A stretch of 45,661 nucleotides of DNA from an uncultured delta proteobacterium (GTDB taxonomy: Bacteria; Desulfobacterota; BSN033; UBA1163), in assembly GCA_963827685.1 (NCBI GenBank), contig CAWHBU010000010.1, positions 1 to 45,661 of the forward strand, given 5' to 3'. This document shows positions 1 to 9,404 of the stretch, piece after piece. The notes under the pieces were generated by a model, which did not search any database, had not been told where the DNA came from, and saw nothing but the letters and a program-made list of their open reading frames with translations. Positions within the stretch are counted from its first letter, which is position 1, and each line of letters begins with the position of its first letter. A program made the position numbers and the translations under genes.

Positions 1-2
1 TT

Positions 3-557
3 GTTGGGGATTTTGTAGAGGATTATGAAGTGATGGTGCCTTTTCAGGCATTGCTCATGGTCGGTCACACCGTCCATGCCGTTTGTGCTGGAAAGAAAGC
101 TGGGGAAAGGGTTCGGACAGCGATCCATGATTTTGAGGGAGACCAGACCTACAGCGAGAAGCCGGGTCACAATTTCACGCTGAACGCAACGTTTGATGAA
201 GTCAAGCCAGAAACTTATGATGCCCTGGTGATCCCTGGTGGACGGGCGCCGGAATACATCCGTCTTGACGAGAAGGTACTTAAGGCGGTCCGACACTTTG
301 CCAAGGCGAACAAGCCCATTGCTGCTATTTGTCATGGCGCGCAAGTACTGGCAGCGGCAGGAGTGATACAAGGCAAAGCGTGTTCAGCCTATCCGGCAGT
401 GGGACCCGATGTGAAAACTGCGGGCGGCAAGTACGTTGACATACCGGTGGATCAGGCTCATGTGGATGGCAACCTCGTCACCGCACCCGCGTGGCCAGCT
501 CATCCCGAGTGGCTGGCGAAGTTCTTGAAGGTGTTGGGGACGAAGATCGAACCATAA
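3..557 (+). CDS. DJ-1/PfpI family protein (glyoxalase III/deglycase-like), 5'-truncated by the window edge
   Basis: Frame is open from base 3 ([14 protein letters not shown]). Motifs [19 protein letters not shown] (catalytic Cys) and DGNLVTA. Confidence 0.92.
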   Translation, partial: VGDFVEDYEVMVPFQALLMVGHTVHAVCAGKKAGERVRTAIHDFEGDQTYSEKPGHNFTLNATFDEVKPETYDALVIPGGRAPEYIRLDEKVLKAVRHFAKANKPIAAICHGAQVLAAAGVIQGKACSAYPAVGPDVKTAGGKYVDIPVDQAHVDGNLVTAPAWPAHPEWLAKFLKVLGTKIEP

Positions 558-609
558 GGTCTGAGGCCATTTTTATAAAAAAACCGCATTGGCACGGGAG
601 AGCAAGAAG

Positions 610-939
610 ATGAATCAGGGCAATCCGCGATTGGTGAGTCTTGCATTGTTCCTTCTGATACTCACCATAGTTCTTGGATGTTCCTCCGGCAAAGCATTCA
701 AATCTGGAATTACCTACACATGCGATGAGGGAAAAAGTTTCGTGTTAGAACTTTACGAGAACGTCGATATTGCCTTTCTTACGGTCCCCGGAAAAAGGTT
801 TTACCTGCATCGAATGCCTTCTGCGTCAAGGGTGAAATATAGTGACGGGAACACGACGCTTTGGATTAAGGGACAAACCGCCTCCGTCGAGATTGAGGGT
901 CAAACCGAATTCAAGAACTGTTCAGTAAAGCCTAAATAG
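610..939 (+). CDS. MliC/PliC-family lysozyme inhibitor lipoprotein
   Basis: Lipobox VLGC; YTCDEG...SASRVKYSDG...LWIKG...C matches the MliC pattern. Start placed at ATG 610. Confidence 0.75.
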   Translation: MNQGNPRLVSLALFLLILTIVLGCSSGKAFKSGITYTCDEGKSFVLELYENVDIAFLTVPGKRFYLHRMPSASRVKYSDGNTTLWIKGQTASVEIEGQTEFKNCSVKPK

Positions 940-1082
940 GATTTGAGCTCCTGGTCTTTAATCTAAAGGGAAAAAGAGTTGGGGCTTGAATTGTGAATTA
1001 GATTGGACCAGGATATCGAATCCACACTATTCATAAAATATTTTTCTTATGACAACTCCAAATTTAATATCTTGTTAAAAGT

Positions 1083-1637
1083 GTGAACCAGACACTGGAC
1101 GATGGGAGGAGAGCAGTGAAAAGAAACAGAAAAATTGTGGGAGTAATGTTGATGGCTCTATTTGTTCCTCTCTTGGGCTGTTACGAGTCCGACTTCCCGT
1201 TGGGACCGTCTGCGGCGGGAACAATCGACCCAAGGCTTCTTGGCACTTGGAGATGCGTGCAAGGTGATCCAGATCAGAACAAGTCATTCCTCATCACGGT
1301 CGTCCCCTTCGATGAGAAGCAATATTGCATCGACGTGACAATGAAGGGGGAAAAACCAATCCATTACCGGGCCTACAGTTCTTCTGTCAAGAACGCCACT
1401 CTCCTCAATGTCCAAGAGTTGAAACCCCAGACTGAGCCAGCTGCCCAAAAGTGGTTCTTCGTCCGTTATACGCTCCTGAAGCAAAGCATTCTTCAGGTAG
1501 AAATCGTGAAAGATAAGCCATTCAAGGGCATTGATTCCTCAGCAGAGGCTGTAAGGAAGGTTGTGGACCGAATGATCGAGAGACCCGAGCTATATCAAGA
1601 TTACTGCGTCTGTGCAAAGGTATTTGAGAAGGAGTGA
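1083..1637 (+). CDS. hypothetical lipoprotein
   Basis: Signal peptide with lipobox LLGC; IDPRLLGTW beta-barrel-like start. True start uncertain (GTG 1083 or later). Confidence 0.7.
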   Translation: MNQTLDDGRRAVKRNRKIVGVMLMALFVPLLGCYESDFPLGPSAAGTIDPRLLGTWRCVQGDPDQNKSFLITVVPFDEKQYCIDVTMKGEKPIHYRAYSSSVKNATLLNVQELKPQTEPAAQKWFFVRYTLLKQSILQVEIVKDKPFKGIDSSAEAVRKVVDRMIERPELYQDYCVCAKVFEKE

Positions 1638-1849
1638 TAAGATTCGCTGCGCCTAACCCAGCATGGCTTCAGTGCCGAGTTGTCAGATCTACGCAATTGG
1701 CAAAATAATTCATCCCATAACTTTCGTTTAAACACCTTCCCAAAGTGCGGACCAGACACTTAAAGTTTTGACGGCCTGTACTGATTTTCCTGCCCTTTTA
1801 TTCACAAATTAGGATTGACTCTAATGGGACGAAATGCGTTGACAAAATT

Positions 1850-1864
1850 TGGCACTAATTTTGC
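1850..1864 (+). promoter_or_regulatory. sigma54 (-24/-12) promoter
   Basis: TGGCACTAATTTTGC is an exact TGGCAC-N5-TTGC (GG-N10-GC), 37 nt upstream of the ATG at 1901. Confidence 0.8.
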
Positions 1865-1900
1865 TTCTTTAATCATAGACAGAAGGGTTTAAGGTATTTT

Positions 1901-2698
1901 ATGCCTGAAACATTCCTCGGCGATCTTACACAGGTTAAACTCTTTGACATTCTCAAACCCCTTTTCAGTGATAAGAAGACCGGAAAGATTGTCTTTAAGG
2001 GGAAAGAGGGTGGAGAATTGTATTTAGAGCTCGGAAATATTACCCATGCAAGAACGAATAGTTCTGTTGGAGAGTTTGCTTTCTTCACCCTGATGGGATT
2101 AAAAGTCGGTAAGGCTTCGTTTGAACCGGATGAGATTCCTTCAGAAAGAACCATCTCCATTTCAACTGAACAGCTTATCTTAAATTGGTCTTCTCAAAAA
2201 CAGTGGAATAAGATCAAGGAAATCGTCCCATCTCCCAGCACGATTTTTCGTGCCCTCCCTCAGAAAAGTCCGGAGAGTATCAATCTCAGCGCTGAACAAT
2301 GGAACGTATCAGCCCTGTGCAACGGGACAAAAACAGTCTCAGAAATTGCCGAGGCTCTCAATTGGGATGAATTCAAAACCTCTAAAGCAGTCTTTCAACT
2401 TGTCCAGTTGGGATTATTGGAGAGGGCAGAAGACCGGAAACCTACCAAGAAGAAACTCATTTCAAATGGTTTTTTCCTTATGGTCGAAACCGAATTGAAA
2501 AAGGTGATCGGCGCCATGGCGCCCTTCATCATCAGTGATAAACTTTCTGATTTGCGTGAGACAAAGGAATCTCTATCTCAAGATCAAGCCCCATCCTTTG
2601 TTGAAGCCCTCAGTGAAGAGATTTCTGATGACTTAATGAAGAAGGAGTTCCTCAGAGTCATGACGGGTTATCTTTCTCCCGAGAAAAAAAGGAGTTGA
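1901..2698 (+). CDS. DUF4388 (PatA-N-like) domain protein with winged-helix and C-terminal helical domain
   Basis: N-terminal GDLTQVKLFDIL..KKTGKI..GELYLELGNITHA pattern; LSAEQWNV..NGTKTVSEIAEAL wHTH; C-terminal ELKKVIGAMAPFII helical domain. Confidence 0.8.
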   Translation: MPETFLGDLTQVKLFDILKPLFSDKKTGKIVFKGKEGGELYLELGNITHARTNSSVGEFAFFTLMGLKVGKASFEPDEIPSERTISISTEQLILNWSSQKQWNKIKEIVPSPSTIFRALPQKSPESINLSAEQWNVSALCNGTKTVSEIAEALNWDEFKTSKAVFQLVQLGLLERAEDRKPTKKKLISNGFFLMVETELKKVIGAMAPFIISDKLSDLRETKESLSQDQAPSFVEALSEEISDDLMKKEFLRVMTGYLSPEKKRS

Positions 2699-2961
2699 AT
2701 CCTAACGTAAACACGGAGTTGATCTCAAACAAGAATTGGCACTATTATGACTTTTTGTCACCTGCTGATAGGCCTGAATCTTGGTTTTCTGATTCTGTTT
2801 TAAGTAAGAAAAGGTAATTTATGGCAAATTCTAAAGGACGACTTCATGGCATCAAAGTTGCTGGTATGAATCTAAGGCTTAATGCTAATGGCATTAGAAA
2901 CTTTCCAATGTGAGAAAGGTGCGGAAGAGATATTTTTTATAAGAAAAAGGAGGTTTCCCTG

Positions 2962-3981
2962 ATGAGGAAAGCTTGCTTGGTGTTTACGGCTATATGGATA
3001 GGGTCGGCTCTTACGGCGTTGGTTACACTCAAGGCCCAAGCCGCATCCATTAGACTTACCTACAGTAATTTTTTCCCACCCGCCCACATCCAGAGCCAGT
3101 TGGTCGATTCCTGGTGTAGAGAGGTGGAAACGCGGACCAAAGGTAATGTCATCATAAAGCACTATCCTGGCCAGACCTTGACGAAGGCCGCCGAATGCTA
3201 TGAGGGAGTGGTGAAAGGACGCTCTGATCTCGGGTTTTCAGTCTTGTCTTACACACCGGATAGATTCCCGGTAATGGGAACAGTGGATCTCCCTCTGGGC
3301 TATACCAGCGGAAAGGTAGCCACGGCTGTTGCCAACGAGGTATATCGGAAATTCAAGCCCAAAGAACTCAGCGACACCAAAGTGATGTATCTCCATGCCC
3401 ACGGCCCTGGCTTAATCAACACAAGAGGTAAAGCGGTGAGGAAGTTGGAGGATATGAAGAAGCTCAAGTTCAGGACCACCGGACCCGCTTCACAGGTCGT
3501 AAAAGCGCTGGGCGGAATACCGGTCTCCGCACCTATGCCGGATTGCTATCAACTGATCAAAAGCGGGAAGGCAGATGGTTCTATGCATCCCCTGGAGTCC
3601 CATAAAGGATGGAAACTGGCAGAAGTGGAGAATTATCTTACGGCCGCCTATTCCATTTCCTATACCGTTACCTTCTTTGTGGTCATGAATAAGGATAAAT
3701 GGGACGCGTTGCCGCAGGATATTAAGGTCATCTTTGAAGAGATCAACAACGAATGGTTGCTGCAGCATGGCGAGGCCTGGGATACCAGCGACATGGAGGG
3801 TATGCAATTTTTCCTGGCCCATGGGGGTCAGCTTATTGGTCTTGAGAGCAGCGAGGCCGCGCGATGGAAGATGGCAATTGCTCCCATCATTGAAGATTAT
3901 GCAAAATCTCTGGACGAAAAAGGGCTGAAGGGTCAGGAAATCGTCAATTTTACGATCAGCACCCTTAATAGTATGCAATAA
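2962..3981 (+). CDS. TRAP transporter substrate-binding protein (DctP family)
   Basis: Signal peptide; YSNFFPPAH, YPGQTL, DLPLGY, LEDMKKLKFR, FFVVMNKDKWDALP. Confidence 0.9.
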   Translation: MRKACLVFTAIWIGSALTALVTLKAQAASIRLTYSNFFPPAHIQSQLVDSWCREVETRTKGNVIIKHYPGQTLTKAAECYEGVVKGRSDLGFSVLSYTPDRFPVMGTVDLPLGYTSGKVATAVANEVYRKFKPKELSDTKVMYLHAHGPGLINTRGKAVRKLEDMKKLKFRTTGPASQVVKALGGIPVSAPMPDCYQLIKSGKADGSMHPLESHKGWKLAEVENYLTAAYSISYTVTFFVVMNKDKWDALPQDIKVIFEEINNEWLLQHGEAWDTSDMEGMQFFLAHGGQLIGLESSEAARWKMAIAPIIEDYAKSLDEKGLKGQEIVNFTISTLNSMQ

Positions 3982-3999
3982 ACTACAGGAGATAAAGCC

Positions 4000-4944
4000 A
4001 TGAGAATTGCCCCTAAAACTGAAAAGTCGGCAGCACCATCGTTCGCCCTTGGAAGGAAAGGATTTGGCCTAAGGGGTAAGATGTTTGTCCTTTTCTTTTT
4101 CATTCCAATTAGCCTGATCCTCGTTGCGAGCTTACTCTATATGCGGCAGTTGAGCATGCTCTCTTCTCACCTTGCCCAAAAAAGTTCGGATACGGTTGCC
4201 AAGGTGACCGAAGAAGTTGTAGCCCAAAGAGGAAGAGAGGTTGCCTCACAATGCAAAGTTTATCTGATCACCCACCCGGAGTTGAAAAAGGCATTTTTTA
4301 ATTACGATTTGAAGTTCAAAAGGATAGCCGTCCAGAAGATAGGCGTGACAGGTTATACCGCCATTTATGAGATGCCGGGATCGGATGGCATCTGGCGGTT
4401 ATGGAGCCACGTGAACCCTAATGTGGTCGGCATCGATACGAGCACGCTCAAAGAATCTCTTGGGGAAAGTTTCCCTGGATTCTGGAAGATTTATACTGAC
4501 GTAAAGGGAGGAAAGGAGTCCCGAGGCTACTACCAATGGCGGGATGCAGACGGGATTCTGCGGGACAAGTTCATGGTGTGCACCCCCATTGAGAACACAA
4601 AGTATGTCCTTGCTGCCACGGCTTATCTTGAGGAGTTTACCGAAGCAGCAAAATTTATGCAGGAAAGTGCCGCCCAATTCGCTCTGAGAACGAGAAATAT
4701 TGTTGTTGGCATCTTGGCTGGAACACTGATCCTGATTGGCGTCACGGTCGCTCTGTATGGTTACAGGTTGGCAGAAAGAATCAAGTCCCTGACCAGTGTT
4801 GCCGACCGGATCAGTACTGGCGATTTAGATGTCAAAATACCCGGAATCGGAGCACGAGATGAGATTGGAGAGCTGACCCTTGCCATCAAGCGAATGCAAG
4901 AGGGTATCCGTCTTGCCATTAAGAGAATGAAGGACCGAGAATAG
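4000..4944 (+). CDS. membrane receptor-like protein: TM-Cache-TM-HAMP with no cytoplasmic output domain
   Basis: Two hydrophobic segments; Cache-like KIGVTGYTAIY...HVNPNVVG...GYYQWRD..DKFM; HAMP IKSLTSVADRISTGDL...DEIGELTLAIKRM, then a stop after about 15 aa. Confidence 0.82.
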   Translation: MRIAPKTEKSAAPSFALGRKGFGLRGKMFVLFFFIPISLILVASLLYMRQLSMLSSHLAQKSSDTVAKVTEEVVAQRGREVASQCKVYLITHPELKKAFFNYDLKFKRIAVQKIGVTGYTAIYEMPGSDGIWRLWSHVNPNVVGIDTSTLKESLGESFPGFWKIYTDVKGGKESRGYYQWRDADGILRDKFMVCTPIENTKYVLAATAYLEEFTEAAKFMQESAAQFALRTRNIVVGILAGTLILIGVTVALYGYRLAERIKSLTSVADRISTGDLDVKIPGIGARDEIGELTLAIKRMQEGIRLAIKRMKDRE

Positions 4945-5226
4945 GAGGCCCGCAGGGTTGCTCCTATGTAAAAATTTTGTCGAGAGTGTAGGCTAGACAC
5001 CGAATCCCGCTGCCATCGACCGTAAGACCTTAAGAACAGCACCATACTTCTTTTTTCATTTGCGCTCTCCTTAAAACGGTTTATTTTCCCTATTCCCTTC
5101 TCTGCCATTACCTGATATAAATATATATATATACACTTTGCAAAAACAAATTTTTGGAATCGAAGTTTGCAAATAGCAATAATTATTCTAAGATTAATAG
5201 TAGATTTATTTTTAAAGGAGGTTGCC

Positions 5227-6033
5227 ATGAAAAGCTTATTAATAAAACTTGCTGTTTTTACATGGATTTTAAGCATGGTTGGCGTCACCGCCGCAGAATC
5301 CAAGATCCAGGGAAAGACGGTCGAGTACAGCGTCCAGGGCGTGATTATGAAGGGTTTCCTGGCCTATGATGAGAACATTAAGGAAAAGCGCCCGGGAGTA
5401 CTGGTCGTTCATGAATGGTGGGGGCTAAACGATTATGCGCGCAAGCGGGCGCGGATGCTGGCGGAGTTAGGATATACCGCGCTTGCCGTGGACATGTACG
5501 GCGGGGGCAAGCGGGCGATGCACCCCGATGATGCAACAAAATTCTCATCGGAGGTTATGAAAAATTTCGATATCGCCAAAGCCCGGTTCACGGCAGCAAT
5601 GGACTTCCTGAAACAGCAGCCCACGGTTGATCCTACCCGTATTGCGGCCATTGGCTATTGTTTCGGAGGGGGTGTGGTGCTCAACATGGCACGGCAGGGT
5701 GTGGCTCTCAAGGGTGTTGCAAGCTTTCACGGAAGCTTGGCCGCGGTCAAGCCTGCGCAACCGGGTAGCATCAAGGCAAAAATTCTCGTGCTCCACGGAG
5801 CCAATGATAAGTTTACGACTCCAGACCAGATTAAGGCGTTCAACCAAGAGATGAAAAAGGCTGGCGCAGATTTTCGGTTTATCTCTTATCCGGGTGCCAT
5901 GCACAGCTTTACCAATCCTAAAGCCGATGCATTGGGGAAGAAATTTGGCCTACCGTTAGCCTATAACGCCGCCGCAGACAAGAAGTCTTGGGATGAACTA
6001 AAGGAGTTTTTAAAGGCGGTTTTCAAGGGATAG
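5227..6033 (+). CDS. dienelactone hydrolase family protein, secreted
   Basis: HEWWGLND, GYCFGG nucleophile elbow, HGAND, YPGAMHSF. RBS AAGGAGG upstream of ATG 5227; signal peptide. Confidence 0.92.
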   Translation: MKSLLIKLAVFTWILSMVGVTAAESKIQGKTVEYSVQGVIMKGFLAYDENIKEKRPGVLVVHEWWGLNDYARKRARMLAELGYTALAVDMYGGGKRAMHPDDATKFSSEVMKNFDIAKARFTAAMDFLKQQPTVDPTRIAAIGYCFGGGVVLNMARQGVALKGVASFHGSLAAVKPAQPGSIKAKILVLHGANDKFTTPDQIKAFNQEMKKAGADFRFISYPGAMHSFTNPKADALGKKFGLPLAYNAAADKKSWDELKEFLKAVFKG

Positions 6034-6242
6034 GAGACAAGAAACAGGGGAGTGATCGCGAGCATTACCCCGTCTATTCTCACGCAAAGCCCGTTTCAGT
6101 GTACTGGACAGTATGCTGTAAGTGAGGTATTCTTCGGACGAGTTTGAAGGAGGAACAGGTGTTGATTACGCTTCGCAGCTTCAGGAAGAAACATCCATTT
6201 TGAAATGTCCAATCAAGCCCTCCACTTTGGACGGAGTTCATA

Positions 6243-6329
6243 TCCGCCTTCGCAGAAGATCATGTCTGCGCGAACCGTTGCGGCGGAAGCAGGTACTTGC
6301 GCGTGTGCGGGCATTGCCCGTGGGGCTCC
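6243..6329. repeat. GC-rich palindromic (REP-like) element, homologous to 16651-16738
   Basis: Both copies start TCCGCCT, share GCAGGyACTT and end TGCCCGTGGGsCTCC. Confidence 0.6.
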
Positions 6330-6418
6330 GCAGGATAGGCTTTCGTGGAATCGACAGGTTGACATTCCTATACAGAATGAGTAGGATGTCTATGTTTTTA
6401 GGAACAGGAAGCCAAAAA

Positions 6419-7294
6419 ATGAGATTTATTATTCCCCTCATCATTATTATGATGTGGGCCGTCTTGGTGCCCTCCAGTTATGGAGAGATGTATAAATGGG
6501 TGGATGAGAAGGGAATCGTTCATTTTACCGATGATCTTTCAAGCATCCCAGAGAAATATCGTGAGGATGTAGAAACTCGAAAGCCTACAAAAGAAACCTC
6601 CGCTCCGGAAATGAAAGATAAATCAATATCTTTTCCTCCATCTGAAGCTCCGAAGCCTTCTGAATCTGAAGGAGCTGAAGTAGACCTATTACGGAAAGGA
6701 GAAATTTGGATAACCGAGGTTCTTCTAAATGAAAGGGTGAGAAAGCATTTAGTAGTGGATTCGGGGGCGAGTTTTATGCTGATTAATCCAGAGATAGCAA
6801 GGGAGCTGGATATTACGGTCAATGAGAATACTCCACTCATCCCGATGACCACTGTGAGCGGCTACATCCTTACACCCTTAGTGACATTGAGATCCGTTCG
6901 GGTAGGTAAGGCAGAAGCAGAAAATGTTGAAGCAGTGATCTACACACTGCCTTCTGGCGGAGGTGGGCTTTTGGGGAACTCCTTTCTCAATAAGTTTAGA
7001 GTGACCCTTGATTCCATCCAAGGGAAGATGACGCTTGTTTCAATGCAGGGGGTCCCATCCCCTGACCGACCAGGGGGTTATGGAAGAGATTTCTGGGTGA
7101 GCCAGTTTCGTTTCTACAGGGGGTTCTTAGAGATGCTGAAAAAAATAAAAAAGAATTATGAAGGTCGCGCGACCGGATCCGCAAAAACCGAGCTGAATCG
7201 GATTAACATTGCGATCCAATATTTCGAGAACCAACTAGATGAATGGGACCGGAAGGCTTCCTTTGCGGGCGTCCCCAGGAACTGGAGAGAATAA
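6419..7294 (+). CDS. DUF4124 + retropepsin-like (clan AA) aspartyl protease
   Basis: Signal peptide MRFIIP; MYKWVDEKGIVHFTD (DUF4124); VVDSGAS catalytic motif; GLLGNSFL. Start moved from 6122 to ATG 6419. Confidence 0.85.
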   Translation: MRFIIPLIIIMMWAVLVPSSYGEMYKWVDEKGIVHFTDDLSSIPEKYREDVETRKPTKETSAPEMKDKSISFPPSEAPKPSESEGAEVDLLRKGEIWITEVLLNERVRKHLVVDSGASFMLINPEIARELDITVNENTPLIPMTTVSGYILTPLVTLRSVRVGKAEAENVEAVIYTLPSGGGGLLGNSFLNKFRVTLDSIQGKMTLVSMQGVPSPDRPGGYGRDFWVSQFRFYRGFLEMLKKIKKNYEGRATGSAKTELNRINIAIQYFENQLDEWDRKASFAGVPRNWRE

Positions 7295-7347
7295 CTCAAT
7301 TTCAGTTTGCAGATCGTAGATTGCGGATTGAAAAATCTGAAATGGGG

Positions 7348-7902
7348 TTACGGTGTATAAATGACGACGAGGAGTTTGGCCTCTTCGTCGCTGATGTTAC
7401 GAAGTTTGTGTGTGATGCCTGAATTAAAGTGAAGCGTTTCCCCTTTTTTCAGAAGATGTTGACTTTCTCCTACCATCACCTCGATGTGACCTTTTAAGAC
7501 ATAAAGAAATTCTTCCCCCTCATGTTTGTACTCCACCATCTTATGATCCTGTTTGGCATCGATGGTGACGAGGAAAGCTTTCATATGTTTTGTCTCGGCA
7601 TCCGGAGTGAGCGTCTTATAGGAATAGGCCTGAGTCCGTTTGTAGAAGCTTTCCCTCCTCCTTCTCTCTGAAGCTTCCTGTTCTTCTGCAGAGAGGAAGG
7701 ACCCTGAGTCAATGGCAAGGGCCTTTGCGATCTGGATCACCGCAGAGACTGGAGCGACGGCAATCCCTTCCTCGATTTCTTTCAAATACCGCTGTGAAAA
7801 TCCCGTTTTGCCGGCAAGTTGTCCAAAGGATATCTTCCTCAATTCGCGAAGTTGTTTCATCTTCGCTCCGAAAGATTTTTCATCTATGTTCCTGCTTGTC
7901 AT
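7348..7902 (-). CDS. XRE-family HTH regulator with cupin domain
   Basis: N-terminal HTH_3 (LRELRKISFGQLAGKTGFSQRYLKEIE); cupin HEGEEFLYVLKG..LKKGETLHFNSGITH. Confidence 0.9.
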   Translation of the reverse strand: MTSRNIDEKSFGAKMKQLRELRKISFGQLAGKTGFSQRYLKEIEEGIAVAPVSAVIQIAKALAIDSGSFLSAEEQEASERRRRESFYKRTQAYSYKTLTPDAETKHMKAFLVTIDAKQDHKMVEYKHEGEEFLYVLKGHIEVMVGESQHLLKKGETLHFNSGITHKLRNISDEEAKLLVVIYTP

Positions 7903-7936
7903 GCTTCCCCCTCACCCTTGACCGAACCGTGCCCCG

Positions 7937-7966
7937 GAAGCTCCGCCCTGTGGGCGGGGAGCTTCA
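7937..7966. repeat. GC hairpin resembling IS200/IS605-type end or REP palindrome
   Basis: GAAGCTCCGCCCTGTGGGCGGGGAGCTTCA; no transposase nearby. Confidence 0.45.
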
Positions 7967-8118
7967 TTCCTATTGCGCCACTTCATTATATTCCCAATTT
8001 ATCATTTTTCAACTCAATTTTTTGGTCGTCCGATAAGCCTATCCATTTCCACTTCTGCTCCCGCAGGGCCTTCATGACTCAAAATTTATTCTTTAGGTTA
8101 TGCTCAATTCGTTATATA

Positions 8119-8397
8119 ATGAAATCGATGGAAGCCACGGATCAATGGGTGAAGGTGGGAACGGTTGAGAATCGATTTGAAGGGGACAGGATTTCTCAAG
8201 CCCTTCAAGAAGCAGGGATTCCATTTCTCATCAAGTCCTTTCTCGATACGGCTTATGATGGCCTCTATATTCCCCAGAAGGGATGGGGAGTGGTGATGGT
8301 TCCCGAGAAAAATAGTGAAGAGGCGGAAAGGCTCATTTCTGAAGTCAAAAACACTTTTGTAAAGGAGGAAGATGATGAAACTGGACAGCCTGGATGA
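8119..8397 (+). CDS. DUF2007-like small protein
   Basis: WVKV..VENRFEGDRISQALQEAGIP...VMVPE..EEAERLI pattern. Start ATG 8119 or 8128; overlaps the next gene. Confidence 0.75.
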   Translation: MKSMEATDQWVKVGTVENRFEGDRISQALQEAGIPFLIKSFLDTAYDGLYIPQKGWGVVMVPEKNSEEAERLISEVKNTFVKEEDDETGQPG

Positions 8398-8824
8398 GAT
8401 TTTGAGGTTTGCCATTCGGAAGGAGGCGGATGCAGCGGCTTTTTATAAAATGGCAGCAGACCGTTCTAACCCTGGCGTCAAAAAAACCTTTAAAGAATTG
8501 GCCGAGATGGAGGAAGGGCACAAGAAAAAACTCGAGGGATTTGATCTGAAGAAGATCGGCCAGATGAAATTGAAGGAGACCAAAGGGTTGGGGATGAGTG
8601 AGATGATGGAGGATGTGCCTTTTAGTTCAGATATGAGTTATGCGGATCTTCTTCGGATGGCGATCAAGAATGAGGAGAAATCCCAACAGCTTTATCTTAC
8701 CACAGAAAAGATGGTGACAGAGCCGAATTTAAAAAAAATGCTTTTGATCCTCGCCCAAGAAGAATCGATCCATAAAGAAAAACTGGAGAAGATTTACGAC
8801 CAAGAAATTTTAACAGAGTTCTAA
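8372..8824 (+). CDS. ferritin-like rubrerythrin family protein (no rubredoxin domain)
   Basis: Duplicated di-iron motifs AIRKE..A..FY / E..H and AIKNE..S..LY / E..H. Confidence 0.88.
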   Translation: MMKLDSLDEILRFAIRKEADAAAFYKMAADRSNPGVKKTFKELAEMEEGHKKKLEGFDLKKIGQMKLKETKGLGMSEMMEDVPFSSDMSYADLLRMAIKNEEKSQQLYLTTEKMVTEPNLKKMLLILAQEESIHKEKLEKIYDQEILTEF

Positions 8825-8906
8825 GCCCTGCACCATGTCGAAGGCAGGGCGAGACCCTGAACCTCACAGGGTTCTGAGGTGAGGGGTAGAAGAAAGGTAA
8901 GGTAAC

Positions 8907-9293
8907 ATGGTACCCGGATTGATTGGAAAATCTGAGATGATCGTCAAAGATGAAGATCTGGTCAGGCAATTTTGGGATGTTCCTGTAAATGTCCTCTCTA
9001 CTCCAAGGCTGATTCAGCTTTTGGAGACAGCGGCCATCGAGGCGATTCATGATTTTATTCCTACGGATCAGGTGAGCCTTGGGACAGAGGTGAAGATCAA
9101 GCACCTATCTGCAACACCTCTTGGCATGAAAGTCACTGCCCATGCTCTTCTGAAAGGAGTGGAAAAGAGCCGGCTGTTTTTCTTGGTGGACGCCTATGAT
9201 GAGAAGGAAAAGGTGGCAGAAGGGGAGCACGAAAGGGTCCTCGTGTCCAAAGAGCGTTTCCTTCAGAAAGTGGAGAAAAAGAGGGCGGGATGA
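8907..9293 (+). CDS. hotdog-fold thioesterase (FlK-like)
   Basis: VLSTP.L..LLE.AA, SLGTEV.IKHLSATPLG, AEGEHER. Confidence 0.88.
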   Translation: MVPGLIGKSEMIVKDEDLVRQFWDVPVNVLSTPRLIQLLETAAIEAIHDFIPTDQVSLGTEVKIKHLSATPLGMKVTAHALLKGVEKSRLFFLVDAYDEKEKVAEGEHERVLVSKERFLQKVEKKRAG

Positions 9294-9404
9294 TCCCCTC
9301 TTATCCTTGGGTATCCTTTGTCATTCGAAATACCTTGCTGGTGATCACAAATCTATTATGCTACTGTCAGGGCATCTCAGACAAAAAAAGAAATTGAAAA
9401 AGAT

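Noticed and set aside
2737-2751. Additional sigma54 sites (TGGCACTATTATGAC; also TGGCACGGGAGAGC at 590)
   Set aside because: The -12 GC is absent or wrongly spaced.
5121-5132. (AT)6 microsatellite as a phase-variation switch
   Set aside because: Short, and within a generally AT-rich promoter region; no supporting evidence.
6040-6130. c-di-GMP-I riboswitch (ACGCAAAGCC)
   Set aside because: The P2 GGCAAA/GNRA hairpin and P1 pairing are missing.
6122-6418. 99-aa N-terminal extension of the aspartyl protease
   Set aside because: It runs through a palindromic repeat; the signal peptide begins at ATG 6419.
7819-8118. N-terminal extension of the DUF2007 ORF
   Set aside because: It overlaps the divergent XRE gene and promoter region; the family-like sequence starts at about 8119.
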